DNA from: Alphaproteobacteria bacterium
GTDB taxonomy: Bacteria > Pseudomonadota > Alphaproteobacteria > UBA9219
Length of the DNA stretch: 64,000 nucleotides
Reading direction: 5' to 3'
Assembly (NCBI GenBank): GCA_028866275.1
Contig: JAGWIK010000001.1
Location: 139,306-203,305, forward strand
Shown: positions 49,553 through 59,798 of the stretch, in pieces
Layout of the letters: the number at the start of each line of letters is the position of its first letter
Position numbering within the stretch: the first letter of the stretch is position 1
The notes under the pieces: generated by a model
The model's database searches: none
The model's input: only the letters and a program-made list of their open reading frames with translations
Told to the model about the DNA's origin: nothing
Position numbers and translations under genes: made by a program

Positions 49553-50050
49553 TTAAGGCTCGATCGCAATGGACGACAACGACTTCGTGCTGAAATAGGC
49601 GCACAGCGAAGCGCTGATTTCAGAGCTGAGCTTTGCCATAGCGTTGAATTGATGAAAAATATCGCTCTTGGGTGCGACCAGCGCCGTGTGGAGAAGGTGT
49701 TCATTGCCAATCATAACGGCATTTTCCGCATTGTTGCCGACAAGCGACGGCATGTCTTGCGTGGCTTTCACGATTTCCAGATGCGCTTGACACCACCGGA
49801 TATCGACGCCCCTGTTGGCGGGATGAATCTCGGCCTGCTCTTTGATATGCTCAACGGCGGCGCATAACGTGCCGTGTTCGTCGGTGTTCGTGATTTGATA
49901 ATCTGAAACGGTGTCTGGTGCATGAAAACACAAAAGCAGCGAGGATTCGGAGAATGCCTCGGCAATTTCCGCCAACTCATATAGCCGTTCGCAAAGCACA
50001 GACGGCAGATAACGTCGCGGCGCGGTTTCCTGATGGCCGGGTGCGAGCAT
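49553..50050 (-). CDS. Hypothetical protein translationally coupled to ispG
   Basis: ATG immediately follows the ispG TAA (TAAATG). 165 aa. Lower GC. No family recognised. Confidence 0.5.
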   Translation of the reverse strand: MLAPGHQETAPRRYLPSVLCERLYELAEIAEAFSESSLLLCFHAPDTVSDYQITNTDEHGTLCAAVEHIKEQAEIHPANRGVDIRWCQAHLEIVKATQDMPSLVGNNAENAVMIGNEHLLHTALVAPKSDIFHQFNAMAKLSSEISASLCAYFSTKSLSSIAIEP

Positions 50051-51199
50051 TTATTCCGCCGCCTGTTCCATCTTGGCTTTTTCGGCGGCGATGTCGGCGG
50101 CTTTCTTTTCCACCAATTCGACCAGATGGCCGACGATGTCTTCGTTTTGCAAACGGTGCGCGGGCTGGCCGGCGATATAGACCTGATGCGTGCCCTTGCC
50201 GCCGCCGGTAAAACCGATATCGGTCATCATCGCTTCGCCGGGGCCGTTGACGACGCAGCCGATCACCGACACCGTCATCGGCGTCGTGATGTGCGACAGC
50301 CGTTCTTCCAGAACTTCGACGGTTTTAATGACGTTGAAATTCTGGCGCGCGCAGGACGGGCACGAAATGACGGTGACGCCGCGACGACGCAGGCCCAGCG
50401 TTTTCAGCATTTCATAGCCGACTTTGACTTCCTCGACCGGATCGGCCGACAGCGACACGCGCATGGTGTCGCCGATGCCCGCCCATAACAGCGACCCCAG
50501 CCCGATCGAGCTTTTCACCGTGCCCGCGCGCAAACCGCCGGCTTCGGTAATGCCGATATGCAAGGGGTAGTCGCACGCGTCGGCCAAGGCCTGATAGGCC
50601 GCGACGGCAAGGAAAACGTCCGAAGCCTTGACGCTGATTTTGAAATTGGTGAAGTCGTGGTCTTCCAGAATCTTGGCGTGGGTCATCGCGCTTTCGACCA
50701 TGGCGTCGGGGCAGGGTTCGCCGTATTTTTCCAGCAATTCCTGTTCCAGCGACCCGGCATTGACGCCGATGCGCATGGCGCAGCCGTAATCCTTGGCGGC
50801 CTGCACGACTTCGCGCACGCGGTCTTCCGACCCGATATTGCCGGGATTGATGCGCAGACACGCCGCGCCGGCCTTGGCGGCTTCGATGCCGCGTTTGTAA
50901 TGGAAATGGATGTCGGCGACGATGGGAACATTGACCGCTTTGACGATTTCCTTCAAGGCGGCGGTGGATTCTTCGTCGGGGCACGACACGCGCACGATAT
51001 CCGCGCCCGCGGCTTCGGCGGCGAGGATCTGCTCGATCGTCGCCTTGGCGTCGCTGGTCAGCGTGTTGGTCATGGTTTGCACGCTGACGGGTGCGTCGCC
51101 GCCGACCAGCACGTTGCCGACCTTGATCTGGCGGCTCTTGCGGCGGGAAATTTGACGCCACGGGCGGTGGGCGAGGGCGTCGGAATGATCTACGGACAT
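50051..51199 (-). CDS. ispG: 4-hydroxy-3-methylbut-2-en-1-yl diphosphate synthase
   Basis: [23 protein letters not shown]-terminus and C-terminal Cys cluster (CPSCAR...GCVVNGPGE). Confidence 0.95.
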   Translation of the reverse strand: MSVDHSDALAHRPWRQISRRKSRQIKVGNVLVGGDAPVSVQTMTNTLTSDAKATIEQILAAEAAGADIVRVSCPDEESTAALKEIVKAVNVPIVADIHFHYKRGIEAAKAGAACLRINPGNIGSEDRVREVVQAAKDYGCAMRIGVNAGSLEQELLEKYGEPCPDAMVESAMTHAKILEDHDFTNFKISVKASDVFLAVAAYQALADACDYPLHIGITEAGGLRAGTVKSSIGLGSLLWAGIGDTMRVSLSADPVEEVKVGYEMLKTLGLRRRGVTVISCPSCARQNFNVIKTVEVLEERLSHITTPMTVSVIGCVVNGPGEAMMTDIGFTGGGKGTHQVYIAGQPAHRLQNEDIVGHLVELVEKKAADIAAEKAKMEQAAE

Positions 51200-51214
51200 A
51201 TGTTCTCCTGTTCC

Positions 51215-52357
51215 TTATTGTGCCGGTGTTGCGGCAGTCAGATGGTCGGGGTCGAGATTGACGTCGCGCACCACATGCGGCGCGCCGCCGTCGATTTTGG
51301 GCAGATCGGTTCCGTTCAGCGACAGGATAATGCCCGCCGCGTTGCCGGTTGTCAGGCGCAGGCCCGAACGGTTGGGCACTTTGTAGATGTCGCCGGGTTT
51401 CAGCACATGATCGAACACGGTTTTGCCGCTGCTGTCGGTGACCATGATCCAGCTGCTTTGCGTGGCGCGGATAATCAATGCCGAAGCTTCGTTGGCGTCG
51501 CCATAGACATGATGCGGCGTGTCGTCTTTGGGGGCTTCCGTCGCCGCAGGCGTTTTCTGCACGGCGGGCGCGGCCTGTTCCGGCGCGGGGGAAGGCGCCG
51601 AAGCCGGCGACGGTTCGGCGACGGGCTGCGGAACCTTGCCGGTCAATACAATGCCGGGCGCGGCGGGCGGAATGACCGTTGTTTTGGCGTCGGGGGCGGG
51701 GGATGGCGCGGCTGATGCCGGTGTGGCCGGCGCAGGCGCAACCGCTGCCGGCGTGACGACAGGTTCGGCGATGGGGGCGGTCAATCCCGCGGCGGCGGGG
51801 GCTGCTTGCTGTGCCGTGGGCAGAACCGGCGGCGCGTTGACTTCGGCGCGGTTGGACGATGAAATGCCGTACCACAAAGCATAAATCAGAAGTCCCACAA
51901 TGGTCGCGCCGACCAGAATAATGGCCGACGGCGCGCGTCCTTCGCTCAGCGGCGCAGGCATCGCCAGAACCGGTTCCTTGCGCCGTCCTGCCATTTCGTA
52001 GCGATAACGTTCGACGGCATCCTTGCCGTTGACGCCTAAAAGATCGGCATAGGAACGCAAAAAGCCGACGACATAGGCGTCGGCGGGAAATTTATCGTAT
52101 TGGCTGTTTTCCAGCGCGACCAGAAAGTCGGGCTTGATGCGCAGATACTCGGCGATAGCATACAGATCGTCGCCGCGTTCCATGCGTTTGTTGCGCAAAA
52201 TCTCGCCGATGCGTTCGGTGCGCGGGCGCGGCTGAATCGGTTCGACCCGCGCGACGGATTCCGGCTCTTTGGGCATCGCCACGAGCCGCGCGGCATCATC
52301 CTGCGGTGCGCTTATCGGTGCGCGCGAAGGCGCATTTTTGCGTCTGTTTCCTGACAT
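51215..52357 (-). CDS. rodZ: RodZ-like cytoskeleton protein (HTH, TM, Pro/Ala-rich linker, DUF4115)
   Basis: N-terminal HTH (IGEILRNKRMERGDDLYAIAEYLRIK), one TM, a long PA-rich linker, and a C-terminal beta domain. Upstream of ispG, as in enterics. Confidence 0.75.
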   Translation of the reverse strand: MSGNRRKNAPSRAPISAPQDDAARLVAMPKEPESVARVEPIQPRPRTERIGEILRNKRMERGDDLYAIAEYLRIKPDFLVALENSQYDKFPADAYVVGFLRSYADLLGVNGKDAVERYRYEMAGRRKEPVLAMPAPLSEGRAPSAIILVGATIVGLLIYALWYGISSSNRAEVNAPPVLPTAQQAAPAAAGLTAPIAEPVVTPAAVAPAPATPASAAPSPAPDAKTTVIPPAAPGIVLTGKVPQPVAEPSPASAPSPAPEQAAPAVQKTPAATEAPKDDTPHHVYGDANEASALIIRATQSSWIMVTDSSGKTVFDHVLKPGDIYKVPNRSGLRLTTGNAAGIILSLNGTDLPKIDGGAPHVVRDVNLDPDHLTAATPAQ

Positions 52358-52416
52358 GGGCGGAGATTAGGAGATGCGGGGGTAAAAGGCAAACAAAAGG
52401 AAAAAATCCGGGATTT

Positions 52417-53427
52417 TTACCTGTTTTCCAAGGCTTTTTCCGCCTGCGCCACCAATTCGGCCATAATCTCGGCCACGGGCTGTTCGCGCGTCACCATGCC
52501 CACGCTTTGCCCGGCCATGACCGACCCGGTTTCGACGTCGCCGTCGATGACGGCGCGGCGCAGGGCCCCGGCCCAGAAATGCTCAATCTCCAGTTGTGCG
52601 GCTTCCTTGGTCAATTCGCCTTTGTCAAAGCGGGCGATGACCTCGCGCTGCTTTTCCAGAAACTTCTTGCTGCCGTCGTTGATGATGGCGCGCACGGGAA
52701 TGATGGGAAAGCGCGCGTCGATCTGTACCGACGGCATGGCATCGCGCGCCGCGGCGCGGATGAAGGACTGTTTGAATTTCGGATGCGCGATGCATTCGGT
52801 GGCGCAGACGAAACGCGTGCCCAATTGCACCCCCGCCGCGCCCATTTCAAGGTAAGACACAATCGCTTCGCCGCGGCCGATGCCGCCGGCGACGAACACC
52901 GGCACGTCGCGGATTTCCGGCAGTATTTCCTGCGCCAGCACCGATGTGCTGACGGGGCCGATATGGCCGCCCGCTTCCATGCCTTCGATGATGATGGCGT
53001 CGACGCCCATGCGCACCAGTTTCTTGCCCAAGGCCGCGGTGGGGGTAAAGCACATCAATTTGGCCCCCGCATCCTTGATTTTCTTGATCGCCGTTGCGGG
53101 TGGCAACCCGCCTGCCAGAACGATATGCGTGACTTTTTCCGCGATGCAGATATCGATCAGTTGATCGAGCTGCGGATGCATTGTGATCAAATTCACGCCG
53201 AACGGTTTTTGCGTCAGGGCTTGCGTGCCTTTGATCTCGCCGCGCAGCAAATCCGGCGGCATCGACCCGCAGGCAATGGTGCCGAACCCGCCTGCGTTTG
53301 ACAAAGCCGCGACCAGATGCCGTTCGGAAACCCACGACATCGCGCCGCCCATAATGGCGAGCTCCGTGCCCAGGAAATCGCAGCCGCGCTGCCACAGGTG
53401 ATGAAGGGCGGGGGATGTTTTTACCAT
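52417..53427 (-). CDS. Nitronate monooxygenase / NPD-family FMN oxidoreductase
   Basis: NPD family pattern (GGMSWVSERHLVAALSNAGGFGTI, IIEGMEAGGHIGP). 336 aa. Confidence 0.8.
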   Translation of the reverse strand: MVKTSPALHHLWQRGCDFLGTELAIMGGAMSWVSERHLVAALSNAGGFGTIACGSMPPDLLRGEIKGTQALTQKPFGVNLITMHPQLDQLIDICIAEKVTHIVLAGGLPPATAIKKIKDAGAKLMCFTPTAALGKKLVRMGVDAIIIEGMEAGGHIGPVSTSVLAQEILPEIRDVPVFVAGGIGRGEAIVSYLEMGAAGVQLGTRFVCATECIAHPKFKQSFIRAAARDAMPSVQIDARFPIIPVRAIINDGSKKFLEKQREVIARFDKGELTKEAAQLEIEHFWAGALRRAVIDGDVETGSVMAGQSVGMVTREQPVAEIMAELVAQAEKALENR

Positions 53428-53454
53428 AATTTTTCCTGATGTTATGTTCCGGTG

Positions 53455-54690
53455 TTATTTATCGTCCAGCCCATAGGCCGTATGCAGCGCGCGCAGGGCG
53501 AGTTCGGTATAGGCGTCGTCGATCAGAACGCTGATATTGATTTCCGACGTTTCGATGACAAGGATATTGATGCCTTTGGCGGCCAGCGTTTCGAACATCA
53601 TCGCCGCCACGCCCGCATGGGTGCGCATACCCGCGCCGACCAACGAGATTTTGGTCACGCCGGTATTGCTGACCAGCCGTTCGAACCCGATTTTCTGTTT
53701 TTCTTCTTCCAGAATTTTAACCGCGCGTTCGGCGTCGCCTTTGGTCACGGTCAGGGTGGTGTCGGCCTGCCGCCCGTCGCTCGACCCCGACTGCACGATC
53801 ATGTCGACGCCGATGCCGGCGCGCGCCAGCGGCCCGAAAATCGCGGCGACCACGCCGGGTTTATCCGGCATGTTGAGAAGGGTAAGCCGCGCCTGATCGC
53901 GCGTATAGGCGATGCCGGTGACAAGGTTGTTTTCCATTTCTTCATCCCCTTCGGTGACCAAGGTTCCGGGCAGATCGCTGCCGACATCGTTGGCGAAGGT
54001 CGACAGCACCTGCACCGGCATGCGGAAACGCATCGCCATTTCGACCGACCGCACCTGCAACACTTTGGCCCCCAGCGACGCGAGTTCCAGCATTTCTTCG
54101 TATGAGACGCGGCCCATTTTGCGCGCCTGCGCCACGACGCGCGGGTCGGTGGTATAAACGCCGTCGACATCGGTGTAGATGTCGCACCTGTCGGCCTTCA
54201 GGGCGACGGCCAACGCGACGGCCGACGTGTCCGACCCGCCGCGCCCCAGCGTGGTAATGCGGCCTTCCGGCGTGACGCCCTGAAACCCGGCCATGACCGC
54301 GACATCGCCGTCTTCGATGCGGCGGCGCAGCGCGTCGGCCTGAAAATCGACGATACGCGCCTTGGTATGGGTGGAATCGGTCAGCAATTGCGCCTGCCAG
54401 CCTTGCCATGACCGCGCGTTCAGCCCGCGCTGATGCAAGGCCATCGCCATCAGCCCCGCCGTGACCTGTTCGCCCGTGGCCACCACGACATCATGTTCGC
54501 CGCGATCATACCGCGGCGATACGGCGCGGCAATAATTGATAAGCTGATCGGTGACGCCCGACATGGCGGACACCACGACGGCGACCTTGTTCCCTCGCCG
54601 CACTTCGGCCGCGACCTTGGCGGCCGCATTCTTGATGCGGTCGATGTCGCCGACGGAGGTGCCGCCGAATTTCATGACGATAAGAGGCAT
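53455..54690 (-). CDS. lysC: Aspartate kinase
   Basis: MPLIVMKFGGTSV, amino-acid kinase domain and two ACT domains. 411 aa. Confidence 0.93.
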   Translation of the reverse strand: MPLIVMKFGGTSVGDIDRIKNAAAKVAAEVRRGNKVAVVVSAMSGVTDQLINYCRAVSPRYDRGEHDVVVATGEQVTAGLMAMALHQRGLNARSWQGWQAQLLTDSTHTKARIVDFQADALRRRIEDGDVAVMAGFQGVTPEGRITTLGRGGSDTSAVALAVALKADRCDIYTDVDGVYTTDPRVVAQARKMGRVSYEEMLELASLGAKVLQVRSVEMAMRFRMPVQVLSTFANDVGSDLPGTLVTEGDEEMENNLVTGIAYTRDQARLTLLNMPDKPGVVAAIFGPLARAGIGVDMIVQSGSSDGRQADTTLTVTKGDAERAVKILEEEKQKIGFERLVSNTGVTKISLVGAGMRTHAGVAAMMFETLAAKGINILVIETSEINISVLIDDAYTELALRALHTAYGLDDK

Positions 54691-54804
54691 AAAAGCAGGG
54701 TGTAGAAGCCAAAGGAAGCGAGAGAATTAGCACAAAATGGGATTCGACAAAATCAGATTTACAATTCTATTGTCTAGCCCATAACCATAACCCCCCGCTT
54801 TGCC

Positions 54805-55542
54805 ATGTCCAGCATCGATCCCGCCGAAATTGCCAATTTTTCCCGCCATGCCGATGATTGGTGGAATCCGGACGGCGCCCTGCGCCCGTTGCATAAACTC
54901 AATCCGGCGCGCATGGAATATATCCGCGATCGGGTCTGCGCCCATTATGGCCGTAAACCGGGCGGCCGCGACGCCCTTAAGGACATCTCGATTCTCGATA
55001 TAGGCTGCGGCGGCGGGTTGCTGTGCGAACCGATGGCGCGGCTGGGCGCGTCCGTCACGGGGCTGGATGCGTCCGATGCCGCAATAAAGGCCGCCCGCCG
55101 TCATGCGGATCTGTCGGGCCTTGATATCGATTACCGCGCCGGCAGCGCCGAGGATCTGGCGCGCGGCCACAAAAAATACGACGTGATTACCGCGCTGGAA
55201 ATTCTTGAACACGTCGCCGATATCGGCCTGTTGCTGGACGCCGTGGCGGATTTGCTGAAACCGGGCGGCATCGTCATTTTGTCGACCGTCAATCGTACCG
55301 CTAGAAGCTGGATTTTGGGTATCGCGGCGGCGGAATATATCCTGAAATGGGTGCCGCGCGGCACCCATGACTGGCGCAAATTTATCCGCCCGTCGGAACT
55401 GGCGGCGCATCTGGCGCGCGCGGGGCTGGACGCCGTCGATATCGCGGGGATCATTTACAACCCGCTGGAAGACAAATTTTCCCTGCGTGCGGGCGCGGTG
55501 GGGATGAATTACATGATGACGGCGGTTCGGGCCCATTCATAA
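54805..55542 (+). CDS. ubiG: Bifunctional 3-demethylubiquinol 3-O-methyltransferase
   Basis: HADDWWNPDG, ILDIGCGGGLL SAM motif. 245 aa. Confidence 0.9.
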   Translation: MSSIDPAEIANFSRHADDWWNPDGALRPLHKLNPARMEYIRDRVCAHYGRKPGGRDALKDISILDIGCGGGLLCEPMARLGASVTGLDASDAAIKAARRHADLSGLDIDYRAGSAEDLARGHKKYDVITALEILEHVADIGLLLDAVADLLKPGGIVILSTVNRTARSWILGIAAAEYILKWVPRGTHDWRKFIRPSELAAHLARAGLDAVDIAGIIYNPLEDKFSLRAGAVGMNYMMTAVRAHS

Positions 55543-55754
55543 ACATGGCAGAATAGCCACGCTTTGGCGTTTTTTGCCTGCGCAACTAATTCTTTGCTTT
55601 GCAAACCGTTGGTTTTTATGTAGGAAGTCAACCGTTCGCTCTTGCCTTGACCGGGAACGTCCCGAAAGGCAATACCGTCGGCGCCGCGAAAGACGCCGCT
55701 TTTCCGGAAAGCGACTCCTCTGATGTATCAAATGTATAAGGGAGATTTTGTAGT

Positions 55755-56315
55755 ATGAGTTCAACCCTCGTCGGTAAATCCATCGCTATCCTCGCCGCCA
55801 ACGGCTTTGACGAAAACAATATGACGGAAATCCAGCGCGCCATCACCGCGCTGAAAGGCAAATTCAAAACCGTCGCGCCCGAAAACGGCGTCATGAACGG
55901 CTGGCAGACCGACCATTGGGGCCATTATTTCCCCGTCGATGCGCAAATCGGCGAAGCGTTGGGTTCGGATTACGATATTTTGATTATTCCCGGCGGCGAA
56001 CGCGCCGTGACCAAGCTGAAAACCAATCTGCACACGCGCCGCATCGTCAACCACTTCCTCGAAGCGGGCAAACCGATTGCCGCCATCGGCGCGGGCGTTG
56101 CGCTGCTGGCTTTGTCGCCCAAAATCGCGGGGGTTGCGGTGGCCGCACCTGCCGAATGTCAGGCCGAATTGACCGCGGCGGGCGCCGTTATCGGTGGCGA
56201 CGCGCTGGAAGTGTCGGGCCAGATTCTGACCGCCGATGGCAGCGACGCCAAGGCTTGGGTCGAACAGGCTCTGGCCCTGTTTCAGGAAGCCGAAGCCGAA
56301 TTGCAGGCGGCCTGA
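55755..56315 (+). CDS. DJ-1/PfpI family protein
   Basis: Class I glutamine-amidotransferase-like fold pattern (AILAANGFDE, LIIPGG, AAIGAG). 186 aa. Confidence 0.75.
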   Translation: MSSTLVGKSIAILAANGFDENNMTEIQRAITALKGKFKTVAPENGVMNGWQTDHWGHYFPVDAQIGEALGSDYDILIIPGGERAVTKLKTNLHTRRIVNHFLEAGKPIAAIGAGVALLALSPKIAGVAVAAPAECQAELTAAGAVIGGDALEVSGQILTADGSDAKAWVEQALALFQEAEAELQAA

Positions 56316-57187
56316 TGACGGCGCCGGATACATCGCCATCCGGCCTTGTTTCCAGCTATGTTGATTTATTGCGGCGGCATCCGGCACAACCGGATGCCGC
56401 CGTTTCTTTTATATCCGACGCTTTGCCGCTGCGCGGTAAAAATCCGTGCGCGTTATTGCTGTCGCCCCACCCTGACGATGAATGCCTGGCCGGCGCGTTG
56501 CCGTTGCGCTTGAAGCGCGAACAGGGCTGGCAGATCATCAATATCGCCGTGACGCTGGGCAGCAAAACGGATCACAGGCCGGCGCGGTTGGGCGAATTGG
56601 CGCGCGCCTGCGCCGTGTTGGGGTTCGATGCGTTCACGCCTGCCACGATGGGGTTTGATGATGTGACGGAAGCCGCGCGCGCCGCCGACCGCGCCGCGTG
56701 GCAGAAAAAAGCCGCGCGTATCGCCGAACTGGTCGGGCATTACAAGCCGCAGGCGATTTTCATGCCTCATGCGCAGGACGCGCACCCGACCCATATCGGC
56801 ACGCATCTTCTGGGCATGGATGCGCTGGCCCTGCAACCGGTGGAATTTTCCTGCGCCGTGGTCGAAACCGAATATTGGCAACCGAACCCGTCGCCCAATT
56901 TGATGATCGGCGTCGGGGCGGCAGATGCGGCGACATTGCTGTCGGCCTTGGCGTGCCATGCGGGCGAAGTCGCGCGCAATCCCTATGATGTCCGGTTTCC
57001 GGCCTATTTAATCGACAATGTGCGACGCGGGTCGGAACGCGTGGGCGGCGCGGGCGCGCCATCCGCCGACATGGACTTTGCCATGCTGTACCGTTACGGG
57101 CTGTGGAAAAGCGGGCGGTTCATGCCGTCGGCGTTGGGGCGGATTATTGGGGCCGGCGATCTATTGAAAGAAATCCTGTCGGGTTAA
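56315..57187 (+). CDS. PIG-L/LmbE-family N-acetylglucosaminyl deacetylase
   Basis: LLLSPHPDDECLAGA is the PIG-L signature. ATGA overlap with the DJ-1 gene stop. The 423-aa ORF start at 55916 is spurious. Confidence 0.75.
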   Translation: MTAPDTSPSGLVSSYVDLLRRHPAQPDAAVSFISDALPLRGKNPCALLLSPHPDDECLAGALPLRLKREQGWQIINIAVTLGSKTDHRPARLGELARACAVLGFDAFTPATMGFDDVTEAARAADRAAWQKKAARIAELVGHYKPQAIFMPHAQDAHPTHIGTHLLGMDALALQPVEFSCAVVETEYWQPNPSPNLMIGVGAADAATLLSALACHAGEVARNPYDVRFPAYLIDNVRRGSERVGGAGAPSADMDFAMLYRYGLWKSGRFMPSALGRIIGAGDLLKEILSG

Positions 57188-57195
57188 AAGAAAAA

Positions 57196-57217
57196 GGGCT
57201 GCGGTTTCCCGCAGCCC
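57196..57217. terminator. Bidirectional terminator between the PIG-L gene and groEL
   Basis: gggctgcgg-tttc-ccgcagccc hairpin with a T-run downstream on the groEL strand. Confidence 0.6.
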
Positions 57218-57243
57218 TCGTTCTTTGGTGATGGAAAGATGGA

Positions 57244-58890
57244 TCAGAAATCCATGCCGCCCATGCCGCCCATGTCACCGGCGCCAGCGCCGCCGCCGAC
57301 GGCTTTCTTTTCGGGCTTGTCGGCGATCATCGCTTCGGTGGTGATCAGAAGGCCAGCGACCGACGTCGCGCTTTCCAGCGCGATGCGGACGACCTTGGTC
57401 GGGTCGACGATGCCCGACTTGATCAGGTCGCAATAGTCTTCCTTCTGCGCGTCGAAACCGAAATTGCTGTCCTTCTGGTCCAGCATGCGGCCGACGATGA
57501 CCGAACCGTCGACGCCGGCATTGTCGGCGATCTGGCGGATAGGGGCTTCCAAAGCGCGGCGGACGATGTCCACACCGCGGCGTTGGTCGTCGTTCGACAC
57601 GCGAACCTTTTCGATGGCGCGCGTGGCGTACAACAGGGCCGCGCCGCCGCCCGCAACGATGCCTTCTTCGACGGCCGCGCGCGTGGCGTGCATGGCGTCG
57701 TCAACGCGATCCTTGCGTTCCTTGACTTCGACTTCGGTCGCGCCGCCGACGCGGATAACGGCAACGCCGCCGGCCAGCTTGGCCAGACGTTCCTGCAGTT
57801 TTTCGCGGTCGTAATCCGACGAGGTTTCTTCGATCTGCTGACGGATCTGGTTGCAACGGGCTTCGATGTCTTTCTTCTTGCCCGCGCCGTCGATGATCGT
57901 GGTGTTGTCCTTGTCGATGCGGACTTTCTTGGCGGTGCCGAGCATGTCGAGCGTGACATTTTCCAGCTTGATGCCCAGATCGGCCGAAATGACCTGGCCG
58001 CCCGTCAGGATCGCCATGTCTTCCAGCATCGCCTTGCGACGGTCGCCAAAGCCCGGCGCCTTGACAGCCGCGATCTTGAGCCCGCCGCGCAGCTTGTTGA
58101 CGACCAGCGTCGCCAGGGCTTCGCCTTCGACTTCTTCCGCGACGATCAGCAGCGGCTTGCCCGACTGCACCACGGCTTCGAGCACGGGCAGCAACGGCTG
58201 CAGGCCCGACAGTTTGGATTCGTGGAACAGGATGAAGGGGCTGTCCAGTTCGGCCACCATCTTTTCCGCGTTGGTGACGAAATAGGGCGACAGATAGCCG
58301 CGGTCGAACTGCATGCCTTCGACGACTTCCAGTTCGGTTTCAAGGCTCTTGTTTTCTTCGACGGTGATCGGCGATTCATGGCCGACTTTTTCCATCGCCT
58401 TGGCGATCATGTCGCCGATTTCCTTGTCGCCGTTGGCCGAAATGGTGCCGACCTGCGCGATTTCCGCGTTGCTCGACACTTTCTTGGAACGGGCGGCCAG
58501 ATCGGCCACGACGGCTTCGACCGCCTTGTCCATGCCGCGCTTCAGATCCATCGGGTTCATGCCCGCCGCGACGGCCTTCGCGCCTTCGCGGGCCAGAGCC
58601 TGCGCCAGAACGGTGGCGGTGGTGGTGCCGTCGCCGGCCTTGTCGTTGGCCTTGGAAGCGACTTCGCGCACCAGCTGCGCGCCCATATTTTCAAGCTTGT
58701 CGGACAGCTCGATTTCCTTGGCGACGCTGACGCCGTCCTTGGTGACGCGGGGCGCGCCAAAGCTCTTGTCGATCACGACATTGCGGCCCTTGGGGCCCAG
58801 CGTGACCTTGACGGCGTTGGCGAGGATGTCGACGCCGCGCATCATTTTTTCGCGGGCTTCGGCGCCGTGAGTTACTGTTTTAGCAGCCAT
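57244..58890 (-). CDS. groL: Chaperonin GroEL
   Basis: 548 aa. MAAKTV...GGMGGMDF terminus. Confidence 0.97.
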   Translation of the reverse strand: MAAKTVTHGAEAREKMMRGVDILANAVKVTLGPKGRNVVIDKSFGAPRVTKDGVSVAKEIELSDKLENMGAQLVREVASKANDKAGDGTTTATVLAQALAREGAKAVAAGMNPMDLKRGMDKAVEAVVADLAARSKKVSSNAEIAQVGTISANGDKEIGDMIAKAMEKVGHESPITVEENKSLETELEVVEGMQFDRGYLSPYFVTNAEKMVAELDSPFILFHESKLSGLQPLLPVLEAVVQSGKPLLIVAEEVEGEALATLVVNKLRGGLKIAAVKAPGFGDRRKAMLEDMAILTGGQVISADLGIKLENVTLDMLGTAKKVRIDKDNTTIIDGAGKKKDIEARCNQIRQQIEETSSDYDREKLQERLAKLAGGVAVIRVGGATEVEVKERKDRVDDAMHATRAAVEEGIVAGGGAALLYATRAIEKVRVSNDDQRRGVDIVRRALEAPIRQIADNAGVDGSVIVGRMLDQKDSNFGFDAQKEDYCDLIKSGIVDPTKVVRIALESATSVAGLLITTEAMIADKPEKKAVGGGAGAGDMGGMGGMDF

Positions 58891-58929
58891 TGGATATTTC
58901 CTTGTTGGTTGGTTGGGGTCGGTAACGGA

Positions 58930-59244
58930 TTAGGCGGCCTTCTTGGCTTTCGCCGAGGTTTCGATCACGCCCATGATGTCGGATTCCTTCATGATAAGCA
59001 GGTCTTCGCCGTCGATCTTGACTTCGGTGCCCGACCATTTGCCGAACAACACGCGGTCGCCCGCCTTGACGTCCAGCGGAACGATTTTGCCGGCTTCATC
59101 GCGCGCGCCGGGGCCGACGGCGATGATTTCGCCTTCGCTGGGTTTTTCCTTGGCGGTGTCGGGGATGATAATGCCGCCGGCGGTCTTGGTGTCGCCTTCA
59201 AGGCGGCGAACGACCACGCGGTCATGCAGAGGACGGAATTTCAT
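58930..59244 (-). CDS. groS: Co-chaperonin GroES
   Basis: 104 aa. [14 protein letters not shown]... Confidence 0.97.
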   Translation of the reverse strand: MKFRPLHDRVVVRRLEGDTKTAGGIIIPDTAKEKPSEGEIIAVGPGARDEAGKIVPLDVKAGDRVLFGKWSGTEVKIDGEDLLIMKESDIMGVIETSAKAKKAA

Positions 59245-59297
59245 TTGGAATGCTCCCTGAATGGTTAAAAGGCCTTGGCGGCCATAGCGTAGGGGTG

Positions 59298-59330
59298 GAG
59301 ATAGGCTGTTCCCACCCCGATTTCAAGAGG
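59298..59330 (-). promoter_or_regulatory. RpoH (sigma32)-type promoter upstream of groES
   Basis: The minus strand reads CTTGaaatcggggtgggaacagCCTATCT, which is the alphaproteobacterial sigma32 consensus CTTG-N17/18-CYTATNT, about 55 nt before the groES ATG. No CIRCE inverted repeat seen. Confidence 0.5.
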
Positions 59331-59381
59331 TTGTTAATCGTTTTTTAATGAAAAATGTGTGCGGGCCCAGTTGCCGGCGCG

Positions 59382-59711
59382 TCAGGGGGCCAGTTTCAGG
59401 ATCAGCTTCAACAACCCCGGAAACCGCGCGTTAATATCCTCTTCACGCAGGGTGTTTTGATGCTCGACGCCTTTCTTGGTGGTGCGGATCAAGCCGGCTT
59501 CGCGCAAAATGCGGAAATGGTTGGACAGCGTCGATTTCGCCATTTTCGGGCAGGGGGCGGTGTCGGTGCATGACGCGCATGCGCCTTTGTCTTTAAGGCG
59601 GCGCACGATGTCCAGACGCATGGGGTCGGCCAGCGCCGCGAGCACGCCCGCCAGCGTCAAATCTTCTTTTGCCGGATGTACGAATTGAACCATAGAAAAA
59701 ATATAGCACAC
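59382..59711 (-). CDS. ArsR/SmtB-family transcriptional regulator
   Basis: Winged HTH (LADPMRLDIVRRL..., STLSNHFRILREAGLI). 109 aa. Divergent from an SDR gene. Confidence 0.8.
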   Translation of the reverse strand: MCYIFSMVQFVHPAKEDLTLAGVLAALADPMRLDIVRRLKDKGACASCTDTAPCPKMAKSTLSNHFRILREAGLIRTTKKGVEHQNTLREEDINARFPGLLKLILKLAP

Positions 59712-59798
59712 GCCTTGACAAAGTTCAATAGTTCAATTATATCGAACTTATGAACTAATAACCCATCCTTAAACCACACCCAAAACAGGAGAAATACC

